A stretch of DNA of 64,000 nt from Candidatus Norongarragalinales archaeon (GCA_038884755.1 JAWABJ010000002.1:1-64000); one strand, 5' to 3'. Shown: positions 36,257 to 46,893, counted from the stretch's first letter. Notes: a model not told the origin generated them from the sequence alone. Program-made: numbers and translations.

Positions 36257-36373
36257 GGGCCTGTAGCTCAGTTTGGCAGAGCACTCGGCTCTTAATCTTC
36301 CGGGTTTTTAGTGTTGAACCCTTAGAAGCGGGGAGCCACCGAGGAGTCAGGGGTTCAAATCCCCTCAGGCCCG
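36257..36373 (+). tRNA. tRNA-Lys(CTT) with canonical intron
   Basis: GGGCCTG/CAGGCCC acceptor stem, CTT at 36291-36293, 43-nt intron 36295-36337 at 37/38 with BHB (CTCT:GGAG), TTCAAAT T-loop. Confidence 0.93.
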
Positions 36374-36654
36374 CTTAATTGCTAGGGCTCAAACCCGAGC
36401 TTTCACGAGGTAGCGAAGGCACCAGCCCCCAGCTGTTGCTGGTTAGTGATTGTGACGGCGTTAGCCACTCCGCCGGGGACTTAAAAACCCGCAATGCTTT
36501 TATTGGGCGGGTGCGTTTGTAGTATGCGGATTCTGTGAAGGTGGGTTGAACTGGTCGACTGCCGGCATTGCTGCTGGCCTTCTTCTCTTTTTTTGACCAG
36601 TTCTTTTCAATGGTTTTAGCGGCAGCTTTAATTGCCGCCTTCCTTAATCGTTGA

Positions 36655-37440
36655 ATGAAGTTTGCTGCGACCCTGCTTTTGGTTTTTGCGGTCGTATTTC
36701 CGTACTACCTGCTTTCCAACGGCACGTTCTACCTTCCAGACGAAGCCATCGACGGCCTTTCTTTCGGGGCGGACGCTTCGCTGCAAAACTACTTCACCCA
36801 CTTGTTCACGCACGTGGGGTTACAGCATTTGGTGGCGAATTTGCTTCCGCTCGTTTTCTTCGGGCTGTTGTTCGAAACCGCGGCAGGGTTTGTGCACGTC
36901 GTCGCCGTCTTCCTCCTTGCTGGAATTCTTTCTTCAGTGGTTTTTACCGCGCTGAACCCGCTGGTAGTTTTGGTCGGCGCGAGCACGGGCGTTTCCGGCC
37001 TGATGGTCGCCGCGACGGCGTTGCGCCCAAAGAAAGGGCTGGCGCTGCTTTTGGCGACGTTCCTGCTGTTGAGCGTTTCCCCCCAGCTAGTCTCCCTTTA
37101 CAACGATTACCAATTGCAAAAGCTTTCGCAGGAGAAGGCACAACTGCAGCAGAATGTCGAATCGCTTTTGGCCCAGAACAAGACCTACGAGGCGATGGCC
37201 GTGCGCAAGACGCTCGGAGGAGTTGAAAACACACTATTGCAGACCACTTCCGGAATAACGCGCGAGCGCGAAACTCCAACAGACTTGTTTGTCCATCTTT
37301 TGGGAGCAGTGTTTGGCGGCGCGTACGTTTTCGTTTTCTTGCGGAAAAAACTCGCCGGCGGGCTGGAAGAGTTTGCCGAAGTCGGGGAATTCATTTTCGA
37401 CAAGGCCAGCTTCGTCCGCAAACGCAAAAACAAGAGTTAA
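36655..37440 (+). CDS. rhomboid intramembrane serine protease with coiled-coil insertion
   Basis: THLFTH..LQHL..N, VGASTG (Ser), VHLLGAVFG (His). Confidence 0.85.
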   Translation: MKFAATLLLVFAVVFPYYLLSNGTFYLPDEAIDGLSFGADASLQNYFTHLFTHVGLQHLVANLLPLVFFGLLFETAAGFVHVVAVFLLAGILSSVVFTALNPLVVLVGASTGVSGLMVAATALRPKKGLALLLATFLLLSVSPQLVSLYNDYQLQKLSQEKAQLQQNVESLLAQNKTYEAMAVRKTLGGVENTLLQTTSGITRERETPTDLFVHLLGAVFGGAYVFVFLRKKLAGGLEEFAEVGEFIFDKASFVRKRKNKS

Positions 37441-37684
37441 ATTCTTTCGCCAACGATTTTTTACTACGCGCGGGGTTGGCAGAGCAGCTATGCGTCCGAC
37501 TGCAGGCCTGGCTTTTTCTTTAGAAAAGAAAAAGCCCGGTGCGGCAAAAAGAAACAATAATTTTTCTTTGGCGCGGTACAACCACACCTTTCTTTTGAGA
37601 AAAGAAAGGGGTAAGGCAGCAATCGGAATAGACGAGTGCAACTCTCGTACCCCGCTTTATGGTTTGGTGTGTCCGGTGAAGTTA

Positions 37685-38095
37685 ATGTTTGAGAAGATTG
37701 AATTGCCGGTTCTTTCTCGCAGGTTGCTTCCAACAGAAAAAAAAGCGGTCATCGTTCGTTTGAACCGCGTGTTTAAGGAAAAGCCCGAGAAAGTGGGCGT
37801 TTCCGCGACGGCCGAAGAGTTGCTCGCCGCCCAAGAGGGTTCGACATTGCATCTCTTGAAAACTTTTTTTGAAGAACGCCGAATTCCAGTAATTCCAGTG
37901 TTGACGCGGGAGATTAGCGCAAAGCACGCCCGCGCGCTTAAGGCTTTCGAGCCACACGCCGCGTTCCACGGTTCCCGGCGTTATAACGAAGCGTATTCCG
38001 CCCTTCAACGCGTTTTGCGGGAGAAGTCGATTTTTGCCTTGAACCAAACAGAAAAACACGGGTTGAAGCACGTGTTTTTCGACATTCCGTTCTAA
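37685..38095 (+). CDS. hypothetical protein
   Basis: ATG 37685 within ORF 37289..38095; globular composition. Confidence 0.5.
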   Translation: MFEKIELPVLSRRLLPTEKKAVIVRLNRVFKEKPEKVGVSATAEELLAAQEGSTLHLLKTFFEERRIPVIPVLTREISAKHARALKAFEPHAAFHGSRRYNEAYSALQRVLREKSIFALNQTEKHGLKHVFFDIPF

Positions 38096-38457
38096 GCCTT
38101 TTCTTTAACCGCGTTTTTCAACGCTTTCAAGCCGAGGAAAGCGCACTTGAGCCTGGCAGGCGAGATTTTCCCCCCCAGCATTTTCAAAACGGCCTTTTCG
38201 CCTGTCTTTTTCACTTCCGAAAGCTTCTTGCCTTCCAGAGACTCCAAAAGCATTGATGCGGAGGCTTGGCTTACGGCGCAGCCTTGCCCGTCGAAAGACG
38301 CCTTTTCCACAACCCCGTTCTTGATTTTCAAATAAACCGTGACTTCGTCTCCGCACAACGGGTTGTCCAAATGGCCTTGCGTGTCGGCGTCGTGCATCTT
38401 GCTCTTGTTGGGCGGCTTTTCGTAATAACGCAACACCGCTTCCGAATACATTTCCAT
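38092..38457 (-). CDS. sufU: SufU/IscU-type Fe-S scaffold or sulfur-transfer protein
   Basis: NPLCGD, GCAVSQASAS, RLKCA. Confidence 0.9.
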   Translation of the reverse strand: MEMYSEAVLRYYEKPPNKSKMHDADTQGHLDNPLCGDEVTVYLKIKNGVVEKASFDGQGCAVSQASASMLLESLEGKKLSEVKKTGEKAVLKMLGGKISPARLKCAFLGLKALKNAVKEKA

Positions 38458-38461
38458 GCTC

Positions 38462-39688
38462 TCAGCGCACTCCGAAAATCCTTTCCGCGTTCTTCAAAGC
38501 TTCCTCGAAACGTTCGACTTCGCCAGGCGTGTTGTAAGCGTAAAAGCTCGCGCGGCTGCTTGCGGCTACGCCTAGCGTTTGGTGTAACGGCATTGCGCAA
38601 TGGTGGCCGGAGCGTATGGCTATTCCGTGTTCGTTCATGACGCTTGCAATGTCGTGCGGGTGGATTTTGTCATGGGTGAAAGCAACAGCTCCGACCTTTC
38701 TCTTTGCGTTCGCCGGACCCAGAATGCGCACGCGTTTGAACCTTTCTAGCGTGGAAAGCGTTTTTTCGGTGAGTTTTTCCTCGTGTTTCTTCACGCTTTC
38801 CAAACCCAGCTTCTGGAGGTAAGCCATCGCGGCCTTCAGGCCTACCGCGCCTTCGACGTTCGGAGTTCCGGCTTCGAACTTCCAAGGCACTTCGTTCCAT
38901 TCTGCCTTTTGCCTTTCCACCCTGCGAATCATGTCTCCGCCGCCCAAAAACGGGGGCATGGTTTCAAGCAATTCCCTCCGCCCGTAAACGACGCCTATGC
39001 CCATGGGCGCGAGCATCTTGTGCCCCGAAAAAACGTAGAAATCGCAGCCTATTTTCTTTACATCTACCTTCAAGTGCGGAACCGCTTGAGCGCCGTCGAT
39101 TACCGTCGTGCACCCTTCGTCTCTCGCGGTTTTGCAAATTTCGCGAACGTCGTTTACCGTGCCGAGTACGTTGGATGCGTGGGTTACGCTCACGATTTTC
39201 GTTTTTTTCGTTATTCTCCGCTCCCAATTTTCTTCGAGCTTGCCGTCGGGAGAGATTTCAATGTAATCCAATCCCGTCCCGCGTTTTTGCTTGAGCAAGA
39301 GCCAAGGAACTATGTTGGCGTGGTGCTCCATTGCCGTTATCAAAACCCGGTCGCCTTTCTTGAGCGTGCTTTCGGCGAAAGAAGCGTTGATTAAATTCAT
39401 GCCCTCGGTCGCGTTGCGCACGAAGATTATTTCGCCGGCGTCGGCTCCGATGAATTCCGCCGCGGCTTTCCTGGCGCTTTCGTACTCTTCGGTCGCATTT
39501 TCGCTAAGCTCGTAAATGCCGCGGTGCGGGTTCGCATTATGGCGTTCGTAATACTCTTCAATAGCGTTCAAAACTTGGGCCGGCTTTTGGGTCGTCGCGG
39601 CGTTGTCCAAATACGCGAGCGGCTTTCCCTTCCTGTTTTTTTTCTTGAGGAACGGGAAATCCCTTCGCACTTTCTCGGGGTCAAGCAT
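38462..39688 (-). CDS. sufS: cysteine desulfurase, group II
   Basis: YLDNAATTQKP, EHHAN.VPW, SGHKM, FEAGT, RSGHHCA. Confidence 0.96.
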   Translation of the reverse strand: MLDPEKVRRDFPFLKKKNRKGKPLAYLDNAATTQKPAQVLNAIEEYYERHNANPHRGIYELSENATEEYESARKAAAEFIGADAGEIIFVRNATEGMNLINASFAESTLKKGDRVLITAMEHHANIVPWLLLKQKRGTGLDYIEISPDGKLEENWERRITKKTKIVSVTHASNVLGTVNDVREICKTARDEGCTTVIDGAQAVPHLKVDVKKIGCDFYVFSGHKMLAPMGIGVVYGRRELLETMPPFLGGGDMIRRVERQKAEWNEVPWKFEAGTPNVEGAVGLKAAMAYLQKLGLESVKKHEEKLTEKTLSTLERFKRVRILGPANAKRKVGAVAFTHDKIHPHDIASVMNEHGIAIRSGHHCAMPLHQTLGVAASSRASFYAYNTPGEVERFEEALKNAERIFGVR

Positions 39689-40796
39689 TTCGCACCAGCT
39701 CCGAAAGCGCCTCTTGTTCTTCTTTCAACGCGAGGCCCGTCGTCTTTTGAAGCGCTTCCCCCACGAAGCCTTCGACTATAGTTTGTACTGCTTTTTGCTT
39801 GTTAAAACCGCGCGTTTCTAGGTAGAAAATCTTTTCCGCGTCGATTTGTTCCACCGTGGCGCCGTGCCTGCTTTGCACGTCGTTGGTAAAGATTTCGAGG
39901 CTGGGCACGCTGTTGGCTTTCGCCTTGTCGCTCAATAGCAAAGCGTGGCCGTTGAGAAAACAGTTCGTGTTTCGCGCGTTTTTGGCTATGTGAATCAAAC
40001 CGCGGTAAGTGCTTTTCGCTTCACCAGTTAGAACTCCTTTGCTCAACAGGTTTCCTTTAGTGTTTGGGGTCAAATGAAACGAGTTGGTGGAAATGTCGTA
40101 CGATTGGTTTTCCCTTCCGAAATAAGCGTTGTAGTTTTCCGCGTTCGAGCCTTCCCCTGCGAGTTTCGAATCTATCGTAGCAATGGCCGTTTTGCCTCCG
40201 AATATTCCGCTATTCCAGACGAGTTTCGCGTTTTTCTCGAGAACCGCGCGTTTGGCGGTGAAAAGAGCAGAATCCAAGCTTGCCTTTTGCACGTAATCGA
40301 ACTCGAGCGAAGCGCCTTCTTCGCAGAAAACCTCGGTCGCTTCAGCAACCAACGCCTTTCGCCCTTCTTGTTTCTGGTAAACGCGCGCGTAAGAGTTTTT
40401 CCCCGCTATTATTACGCCGTGGACTCCCGCCGCGCCTTTCGAACTGCAGGCTATTTCTATTTCGCCCGTGCCGTTTTCAGGAACGCGCACTAAAAACGCC
40501 GAATTCAACAGCGCGTTTTTGAGCGCTAGCATCTTGTGCTCGGCCGAGGAAATTATTTTGCCGAACTTGCTTTTGAACAACTCTGACTCTTTTTTCCCGC
40601 TGCCTAGTTCTACTGCAACAACGTCGCCCGTTGTCTTGAGTTTTACTCCCGCGTTTCCTTTGCCGTAGTTTTCGGGTTTGAAGTCTTCGTTTTTCGTATA
40701 GTTTTTTTCTGTAGGCGAATCGGCTTCAGGCGGCCACGTTTGCCTCGCGTAGCTTTCCGCGCCTTGTTTTCTTGTCGCCGCAAGCCATTCTTGCAT
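39681..40796 (-). CDS. sufD: Fe-S assembly protein SufD
   Basis: KGVL, LLLSD.A.A.S.PSLEI...DV...HGATV, FYL.TRG. Confidence 0.88.
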   Translation of the reverse strand: MQEWLAATRKQGAESYARQTWPPEADSPTEKNYTKNEDFKPENYGKGNAGVKLKTTGDVVAVELGSGKKESELFKSKFGKIISSAEHKMLALKNALLNSAFLVRVPENGTGEIEIACSSKGAAGVHGVIIAGKNSYARVYQKQEGRKALVAEATEVFCEEGASLEFDYVQKASLDSALFTAKRAVLEKNAKLVWNSGIFGGKTAIATIDSKLAGEGSNAENYNAYFGRENQSYDISTNSFHLTPNTKGNLLSKGVLTGEAKSTYRGLIHIAKNARNTNCFLNGHALLLSDKAKANSVPSLEIFTNDVQSRHGATVEQIDAEKIFYLETRGFNKQKAVQTIVEGFVGEALQKTTGLALKEEQEALSELVRNA

Positions 40797-42203
40797 TCAA
40801 CCCACCGCGCCCATTTTGCTGAATTCCAGCTTCACAAGCCGGTTGAACTCCACCGCGTACTCGAAAGGAATTTCCTTGAGAACTTCATCCAAAAATCCAA
40901 GCACGATCATGCTTTTCGCCTCGCTTTCTTTAAGCCCGCGGTTCATTAGATAAAAAACCTGGTCTTCGCTTATTTTTCCCACGCTTGCCTCGTGCCCGAA
41001 CGAAGCCGTCGTTTCGTAGATTTCGTTGTGCGGGTAAGTGTCGGTTCGCGAAATGTTGTCGAGAATAAGCGCGTCGCATTGAACATGGCTTTTCGAGTAT
41101 TTAGCTCCGGGGTTTATTCTAAGCAACCCCCTGTACGCCGCAACCCCGCCGTTCATGCTTATGCTCTTCGCGACTACCTTGCTGGTAGTGTAGGGCGCGG
41201 CGTGAACCACCTTTGCGCCCGTGTCTTTCCAACTTCCTTCGCTCGAGAAAGTCATGTTGTAGTTGCTCGTGCTCGCGCCTTCGCCTTTCAAAATGCTCAT
41301 GGGATAAAGCATGGTCACTTTGCTTCCTAAGCTGCCGTCGATCCACTGCATTTTCGCGTTTTTTTCCACGATAGCGCGTTTGGTGTTCATGTTGTAAACG
41401 TTTTTGCTCCAGTTTTGCACGCTCGAATACGCAGCGTCTGCGTTTTCCCCTACGAAAATCTCTATTACCGCGCTGTGCACCGACGCTTCCTCGTAACGCG
41501 GTGCGCTGCAACCTTCAATGTAGTGCGCTTTCGCCCCGTCGCCTACGATTATCATGGTGTGCTCGAACATTCCTTCTTTTCCGGAGTTCATTCTGAAATA
41601 GTTTTGCAGCGGCAAATCCACTTTTACGCCGTTGGGCACGTACAAGAACGTCCCCCCGCTCCATACCGCGTAGTGCAGTGCGGCGAGCTTGTTGTCTGAA
41701 AAAGGAACCGCCCGCATGAAGTGTTTTCTCACGATTTCCGGGTGTTGCTTCAAGGCAGTGTCCATGTCCGTGAAAATAACGCCATTTTCTTCCCATTGCT
41801 TTTTCAAATTGTAATAAACCCCTTCGCTTTTGAACTGCGCGATGCTTCCCGCAAGGTATTTCCTTTCTGCTTCCGGCACTCCCAGTTTTTCGAACGTTTC
41901 CTTGATTTCCTTGGGAACTTCATTCCAGTTTCTCGCTTTGTTTTGGATTTCGGGTTTAGCGTAGTACGCTATTTCATCAAAGTTTATCCCACTCAAGTCT
42001 GCACCCCAAGCCGGCGTAGGCCTACGCAGGAACTCTTTGAACGCCTTCAACCGCAATTCCAGCATCCACGCCGGCTCTTTCTTGTAATCTGAAATCTCGC
42101 GAACGGTTTTTTCGCTTAACCCTTCTTCAAATTTCACGGCAAGCTTTTCGGTAGTGCGGAAATCGTATTTAGAACGGTTTACGTCGGCAATCGCTTCATT
42201 CAT
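40797..42203 (-). CDS. sufB: Fe-S assembly protein SufB
   Basis: WSGG.F, FEHT.I, YIEGCSAP, QNWS..VYN..TKR, DTGAK, CDAL, HEA.V.KI. Confidence 0.95.
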   Translation of the reverse strand: MNEAIADVNRSKYDFRTTEKLAVKFEEGLSEKTVREISDYKKEPAWMLELRLKAFKEFLRRPTPAWGADLSGINFDEIAYYAKPEIQNKARNWNEVPKEIKETFEKLGVPEAERKYLAGSIAQFKSEGVYYNLKKQWEENGVIFTDMDTALKQHPEIVRKHFMRAVPFSDNKLAALHYAVWSGGTFLYVPNGVKVDLPLQNYFRMNSGKEGMFEHTMIIVGDGAKAHYIEGCSAPRYEEASVHSAVIEIFVGENADAAYSSVQNWSKNVYNMNTKRAIVEKNAKMQWIDGSLGSKVTMLYPMSILKGEGASTSNYNMTFSSEGSWKDTGAKVVHAAPYTTSKVVAKSISMNGGVAAYRGLLRINPGAKYSKSHVQCDALILDNISRTDTYPHNEIYETTASFGHEASVGKISEDQVFYLMNRGLKESEAKSMIVLGFLDEVLKEIPFEYAVEFNRLVKLEFSKMGAVG

Positions 42204-42975
42204 TTTCTGCCACCATTCTTTGAAACTCTACGCCCATTTCCTTGAGGCATTGCGCATAGCCTTTTTCTTCCAATTCCGCTGCAAGCTCGCGCCCCCCGCT
42301 TTTTACAATCCGCCCGTCAACCATGACGTGCACGAAATCGGGGTTCAAGTGCTTGAGAATTCGCTGGTAGTGCGTGATTACGACCATGCCCGTTTCTCCA
42401 GCCTGGCTTTTGACCGCCTTAGCGACGGTTTTCAACGCGTCTATGTCCAAGCCCGAGTCAATTTCGTCCAAGAAGGCGATTCGCGGCTTTAGCATTTTAA
42501 GCTGCAAAACTTCGTTGCGCTTTTTCTCCCCGCCCGAGAACCCGGCGTTCAACGCCCGTTTCGAAAAATCTTCACCCAAACCCACGCCTTCAAGGTTTTT
42601 CTTGAGCAATGCCGGAAAGTTTTTTGCGGCGCTAGAGCCGTTGTTTTTATGCAGCGAAGCGTAAGCGTTGAACAAAAACTTGCTTATGCTCAAGCCGGGA
42701 ATTTCGACGGGGTGTTGGAACGCGAGAAAAAGGCCTTTGCGGGCGCGTTCGTCTGGCGTCATTTGCAATACGCTTTCCCCGTCAAGCAAAACTTCGCCTT
42801 TAGTGACGTTGTATTTAGGGTGCCCAGCGATTACGAGAGAAAGCGTGCTTTTTCCACTGCCGTTTGGACCCATTATGGAATGGATTTCGCCCGTCTTGGC
42901 GGTAAGCGTAACGCCATTGAGGATTTGCTTTCCGTCAACGCTAGCGTGCAGATTCCTGACTTTCAAAACGGACAT
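42196..42975 (-). CDS. sufC: Fe-S assembly ATPase SufC
   Basis: GPNGSGKST, FLAFQ.P.EIPG, GFSGGEKKR.E, LDEIDSGLDIDAL, ITHYQR. Confidence 0.96.
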   Translation of the reverse strand: MSVLKVRNLHASVDGKQILNGVTLTAKTGEIHSIMGPNGSGKSTLSLVIAGHPKYNVTKGEVLLDGESVLQMTPDERARKGLFLAFQHPVEIPGLSISKFLFNAYASLHKNNGSSAAKNFPALLKKNLEGVGLGEDFSKRALNAGFSGGEKKRNEVLQLKMLKPRIAFLDEIDSGLDIDALKTVAKAVKSQAGETGMVVITHYQRILKHLNPDFVHVMVDGRIVKSGGRELAAELEEKGYAQCLKEMGVEFQRMVAENE

Positions 42976-42987
42976 TGCGAGACACCT

Positions 42988-43362
42988 TTAAACGCGAACT
43001 GGGCTGACTGCCTTGGCTTTCTCGAAGCCGTCGAGCAAATTGCAAGACAACAGCTCGTAATTGAACTGAGTGCAAGTGGAGCAAATGGCGTTGGTGACGT
43101 GCTTGCTGGTCCAACGCCCTTTGGAAACCTTGTCGGCTATCTCCTCGCAAGCTTTATCGAGAACAGCATTGTCTTCGACCTTGCGAATTTCCTTGCCATA
43201 CGCATTAGACAAGTATTTGCTTACTGCCGCTTGCGTGAGCCCCAGCTCTCTAGCTATCCGCTCTTGCTTCAAGCCCTTGCGGTATAGCTTTTTAGCTATG
43301 CTCGCGCGCATTGCAGGCAAGTATTTGCGAACGATTTCCTCGCAGGGAAAAAGAGTTTTCAT
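42988..43362 (-). CDS. HTH transcriptional regulator (ThiR N-terminal/COG2522-like), Cys-rich
   Basis: From ATG 43362: PCE......LP..R..IA..L...GL.Q..IA..LGLTQAAVSKYL; C-terminal ICSTC...SC. Confidence 0.82.
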   Translation of the reverse strand: MKTLFPCEEIVRKYLPAMRASIAKKLYRKGLKQERIARELGLTQAAVSKYLSNAYGKEIRKVEDNAVLDKACEEIADKVSKGRWTSKHVTNAICSTCTQFNYELLSCNLLDGFEKAKAVSPVRV

Positions 43363-43378
43363 AACGATAAAATAAGCG

Positions 43379-43395
43379 TATAACTGGGTTATAAA
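43379..43395 (-). promoter_or_regulatory. palindromic operator overlapping the TATA box of the regulator-suf operon
   Basis: TATAAC-TGG-GTTATA (43379-43393); minus strand reads TTTATA about 30 nt upstream of the ATG. Confidence 0.6.
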
Positions 43396-43397
43396 CG

Positions 43398-45800
43398 CTA
43401 TTGGTTCTGCAACCAGGCTATGGCGTTGCCCAGCAGATTGGCTCGTGCAGATTCGTTTTGAACTGCGCTTATGGCGAACGCAAAATAGATTTTTTTGGGT
43501 GCGTTTGCGCGAGCCACGATTGAATAATTGCCGTCGGGCCATTTTGCAATCCCCTGCGCATTTGTGAGCGCCAGTTTGTCCGGATAGCGGCTTTTTGAGC
43601 CGTTTATTTCGATGTTTTCTATTCCGTAAAGGATTGGATGGTTTAACAGAGTCAGAGGCGTGATGGTACCGTTCAAGTCCAAATCGCCTTTGAACCCGAC
43701 CCCGAAGAAATCAAGCACGGAATCGTTCTGGTGGTCGAAGCCGACATCCGCTCCTTCCAACAAAATCGGTCCAGAATAGTTTGACAACGCGTTGAAATCT
43801 CCTTCGTTTAAAACAACGCCGTTGTTGTTTCCGGCACTCCAAACAACCAGCCTGTAGTTGGTTAAATTGTTTGAGTAAACCTGCCCTTGAGTTTGTTCGC
43901 TCCAATAATCCACGCAATAAGCCTGCTTTCGCAATTGCAATTCCAACAATCTTGCCGAACTAGATTCCTCCGCAAACTCTACGTCCGAATCTTCCACCAC
44001 GAGCGTTTTGCCCGGTTTATTGCAGTAGTAAACCGTTTCATTCAAAGAGTTGTCCGTGTAATTGAAATCGCCTTGATTTTCCAACCAAGCTTCGACTTGA
44101 TTTGCTCCTGGCGTAAGCCGAACGAAAAACCCGACGGTCTTTTTCTGTCCTGGGTAAAGCAGAACCGTTTGGTTGCTCGTGGAATTGCCGCCTATCCGGA
44201 CGAAAAGCTTTGCGCTGCTCGTGTTGCCCCCGTTGTTGTAGACGTTCACGTTAAGACGCTGGAATGTCGTAGCATTTATTTGGCTTGAGTTTACTATGCT
44301 CGCGTTGATTAGGGTAAAGTTTCCTCCAGAGCCGCCGCTTCCGCTTGCGTTTTGGCTGCTGCTTTTAGCCAGTTCAATCGAGTCTACGCGCAAGTCGGCT
44401 TGCGACGGAGCCGTTTTGAATACGATAGTTTTCGAGTTGTTTGCATAATCGAGTTCTTGCCTTGCAAAATCGTCGTTAACCACGACAGTCAAATTGTGTA
44501 TTCCGAAAGGCAAAGTCAACACGAAAGAGGCGTTTGGCAAGGAAGAATTTTGTGAAAACAAGTGCTGGCCGTCCGCGAAAACGCCATAGGAAAACTCGCT
44601 TGGCGCGGCGAAAGAAACGTTGGCTGCGAAAGGGGTGTTGTTTGTTGAATATGCATTTTTGACGTCAAGAACTGCAAAATCGCCGCCGTATTCTTGCACC
44701 AACCACAAAGCGGTTTTCCTTGCGAATTCCGTTCGCTTGTTTTCTTCCAATCCCTTCAAGCAGAACGACGCGAGAATGGCTTTGGAGGCCACCGAAGCGG
44801 CTGCGGCAACATGCTCGTCATTCCATTCTACAATTGCGGTTGCGTTGTTCAAAAGCAAGTTTTGCGGAAAACCGCACGCACTATTGTTGAATGCTGAAAC
44901 GCCGAGGCCGTTGCAAGTGCCTTGTCTGGTAAAAGTTTCACGGGTTGTCCTTTGAGCATAATGCCATTTTGGTCGAGGCTAAAGCCCGAGTTAAAATCCA
45001 CTTTCGCGCTCACTCCCTGCGCTTCTAGGTTTATTTCCCCGTTTTCGTTTGAAACGGTTGCTTTCCTTTCACCACCAGCAAACGAGAGAATCACTTCGAT
45101 TTTTTGAGCCGAAACTTTCTCGACAATCGTGTCGTTGTCCGCGCTGGAATTTTTTGCAGTGTCCAAATTTTCAATTGAAACTTTTTCGGGTGTTGGCGTA
45201 GGTGTTGAGGTGGGCACTGCTGTCGAAGCCGCGGTTTTGGTCGTGTTCGGTAACGGGACTGGCGGCAACGGTTCGCGGTCGCTTGGAACTATTGACACGC
45301 CGTAAAACCTCGCAGCATCTCCCACCTTGGCGGCGGGAATCAAAACGTATGCTCCACCTTCAAATTCCGGCCCTTCTTTTAGTGCCCCCCACTCTCCAAA
45401 CATTCCTTCAGGCCCGCTTTTCGTGGTTTTGGTAGCGTCAATCAAAAACTTTAAGTGTAGCATCATGTCTGGGCGCTCGCCATAGTATTCCAATACGCGC
45501 ACAATTTTAGGATCTATATTGTCAGTAAAACGCTTGTGGGGCGGTTCTGGCCACAGCGCGTCAACTTGCGTATAGTTATCCCACTGCGAATAGGTTGTTC
45601 CTCCCAGCACCGCTTCTACCGCGCGCTTGATGTTTTTCTCGTCAATATATGCAATTTCAACGTCGTTTACCCAAACGCTTTCTCCGCCAACTTCCCATGC
45701 CCGCGCCTTCGCGGCGTCTGAAATGCTTTTTTCTTTTCTCCAGATGTGGTAGTTTTAATGCGGGAGGTCAACTTGCAACGAGAGGGTTGCAACATCTTTT
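43398..45800 (-). pseudogene. disrupted large cell-surface protein (CARDB/Ig-like, N-glycosylation-site rich)
   Basis: ORFs 43398..44858 and 44849..45610 joined by a frameshift near 44905; frame stays open upstream to a TAA near 45756; ADL.V..I and DYANNS CARDB motifs; no signal peptide. Confidence 0.6.
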
Positions 45801-45869
45801 GAAAAGAAAGGGGCGTCTCCTTGGGGTTCCTGATTCTCCCTTTCTCGCCTCCCGCATTTTTTTGAATAG

Positions 45870-46424
45870 CTACTTCTTAGGCTTGATTATTATCTCGCAG
45901 AATGCGCTTCCTGTTGTACTGCACTTAGTTTCTTCTCCATTCAATTCTTTTCCGTACATTTCCTCGAAAACGCCCGTAAGCATTCCTGTGAGGTATTCGT
46001 CTACGTTTTCCGGGCTTTTTTGTTTCTTGGCGGAATAGTGTTTTGCAAAAGAAGACTCAAGTTGGATTAGTACTTTCCCGCCTTCTTTCGGGTCTATCAC
46101 TTTTATTTTGGCAAGGCCGCTTAGCTCGATAATGTTTTTCCAAAAATTGGCGGACTCCAAGCCTTCTAGCTTGAATTTTTCTTTGTAGTTTTTGGCTACT
46201 TCCTTTCCCGTTTGCTTTCCTACTTCGTAAATGTCTGTAAGCCCGCCGTTTCCATGCTTTTGTTTTTCGAATTCGCGCCAGTAAAAGTAATGGCTTAAGG
46301 AGTGCATGCTGAATTTAGTTTCGAGGATCTCGATGTCTCCCTCGGCAAATTCCAGTTGCCGTCCCATCAACAGTCGTTTGAAAAAACTAGATAGCATTTT
46401 TTTATCGGTGCCCCGCACTTTCAC
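45870..46424 (-). CDS. V4R domain protein
   Basis: YEVGKQ.G, SGL..I, D.YL.GML.GVF, ETKC...G...CE; start may be 46397. Confidence 0.82.
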   Translation of the reverse strand: MKVRGTDKKMLSSFFKRLLMGRQLEFAEGDIEILETKFSMHSLSHYFYWREFEKQKHGNGGLTDIYEVGKQTGKEVAKNYKEKFKLEGLESANFWKNIIELSGLAKIKVIDPKEGGKVLIQLESSFAKHYSAKKQKSPENVDEYLTGMLTGVFEEMYGKELNGEETKCSTTGSAFCEIIIKPKK

Positions 46425-46893
46425 GTATGCTTCTGAGTTTCTCCCACTTTTCGAAGCTCAACCGGCTCGTCTCGTCCTCACTAACCTCTACCGCACTTAA
46501 GAGAATAGTTTTCGCTTTTTCGTTAGTCAACTGTTTTCGGATCGTTTCCTTGAGAGCTTTGGCAAACTTTTCAGCCCTGGCTTTAGTCGTAAAATGCGCG
46601 CTTATGACTGCCGGAACTCCAGTCATGACCTCGAGAAACCCATTTTTTTCGAATAGAAATCGCTTGTAAAACTTTTCGCCGATTATGTCGTCGCCAATGA
46701 ACGCGCAATCTTCCCCGAACTTTTTGACCATTTGGGCAACGAATTTCATTAGTTTTTGGTCTGCTTCCGCTTCCATCTTGGCGTCTTTGTCCATGTCTTC
46801 AAATTTGCTTGAAGGCGTGAAAGAGAAAGGCAACGCCTCGGGCAAGTCTAGAAGGGTTACATAAAAGTGCTTCAGCATTTTTTTTCTCACCAA
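46402..46893 (-). CDS. hypothetical protein
   Basis: 163-aa ORF tightly packed in the operon. Confidence 0.65.
   Translation of the reverse strand: MVRKKMLKHFYVTLLDLPEALPFSFTPSSKFEDMDKDAKMEAEADQKLMKFVAQMVKKFGEDCAFIGDDIIGEKFYKRFLFEKNGFLEVMTGVPAVISAHFTTKARAEKFAKALKETIRKQLTNEKAKTILLSAVEVSEDETSRLSFEKWEKLRSIRESAGHR

Noticed and set aside
36200..36480. SRP RNA, RNase P RNA or other ncRNA around tRNA-Lys
   Set aside because: Short hairpins exist (GCGAAAGC/GCTTTCGC) but no SRP helix-8 or RNase P P4 signature was found
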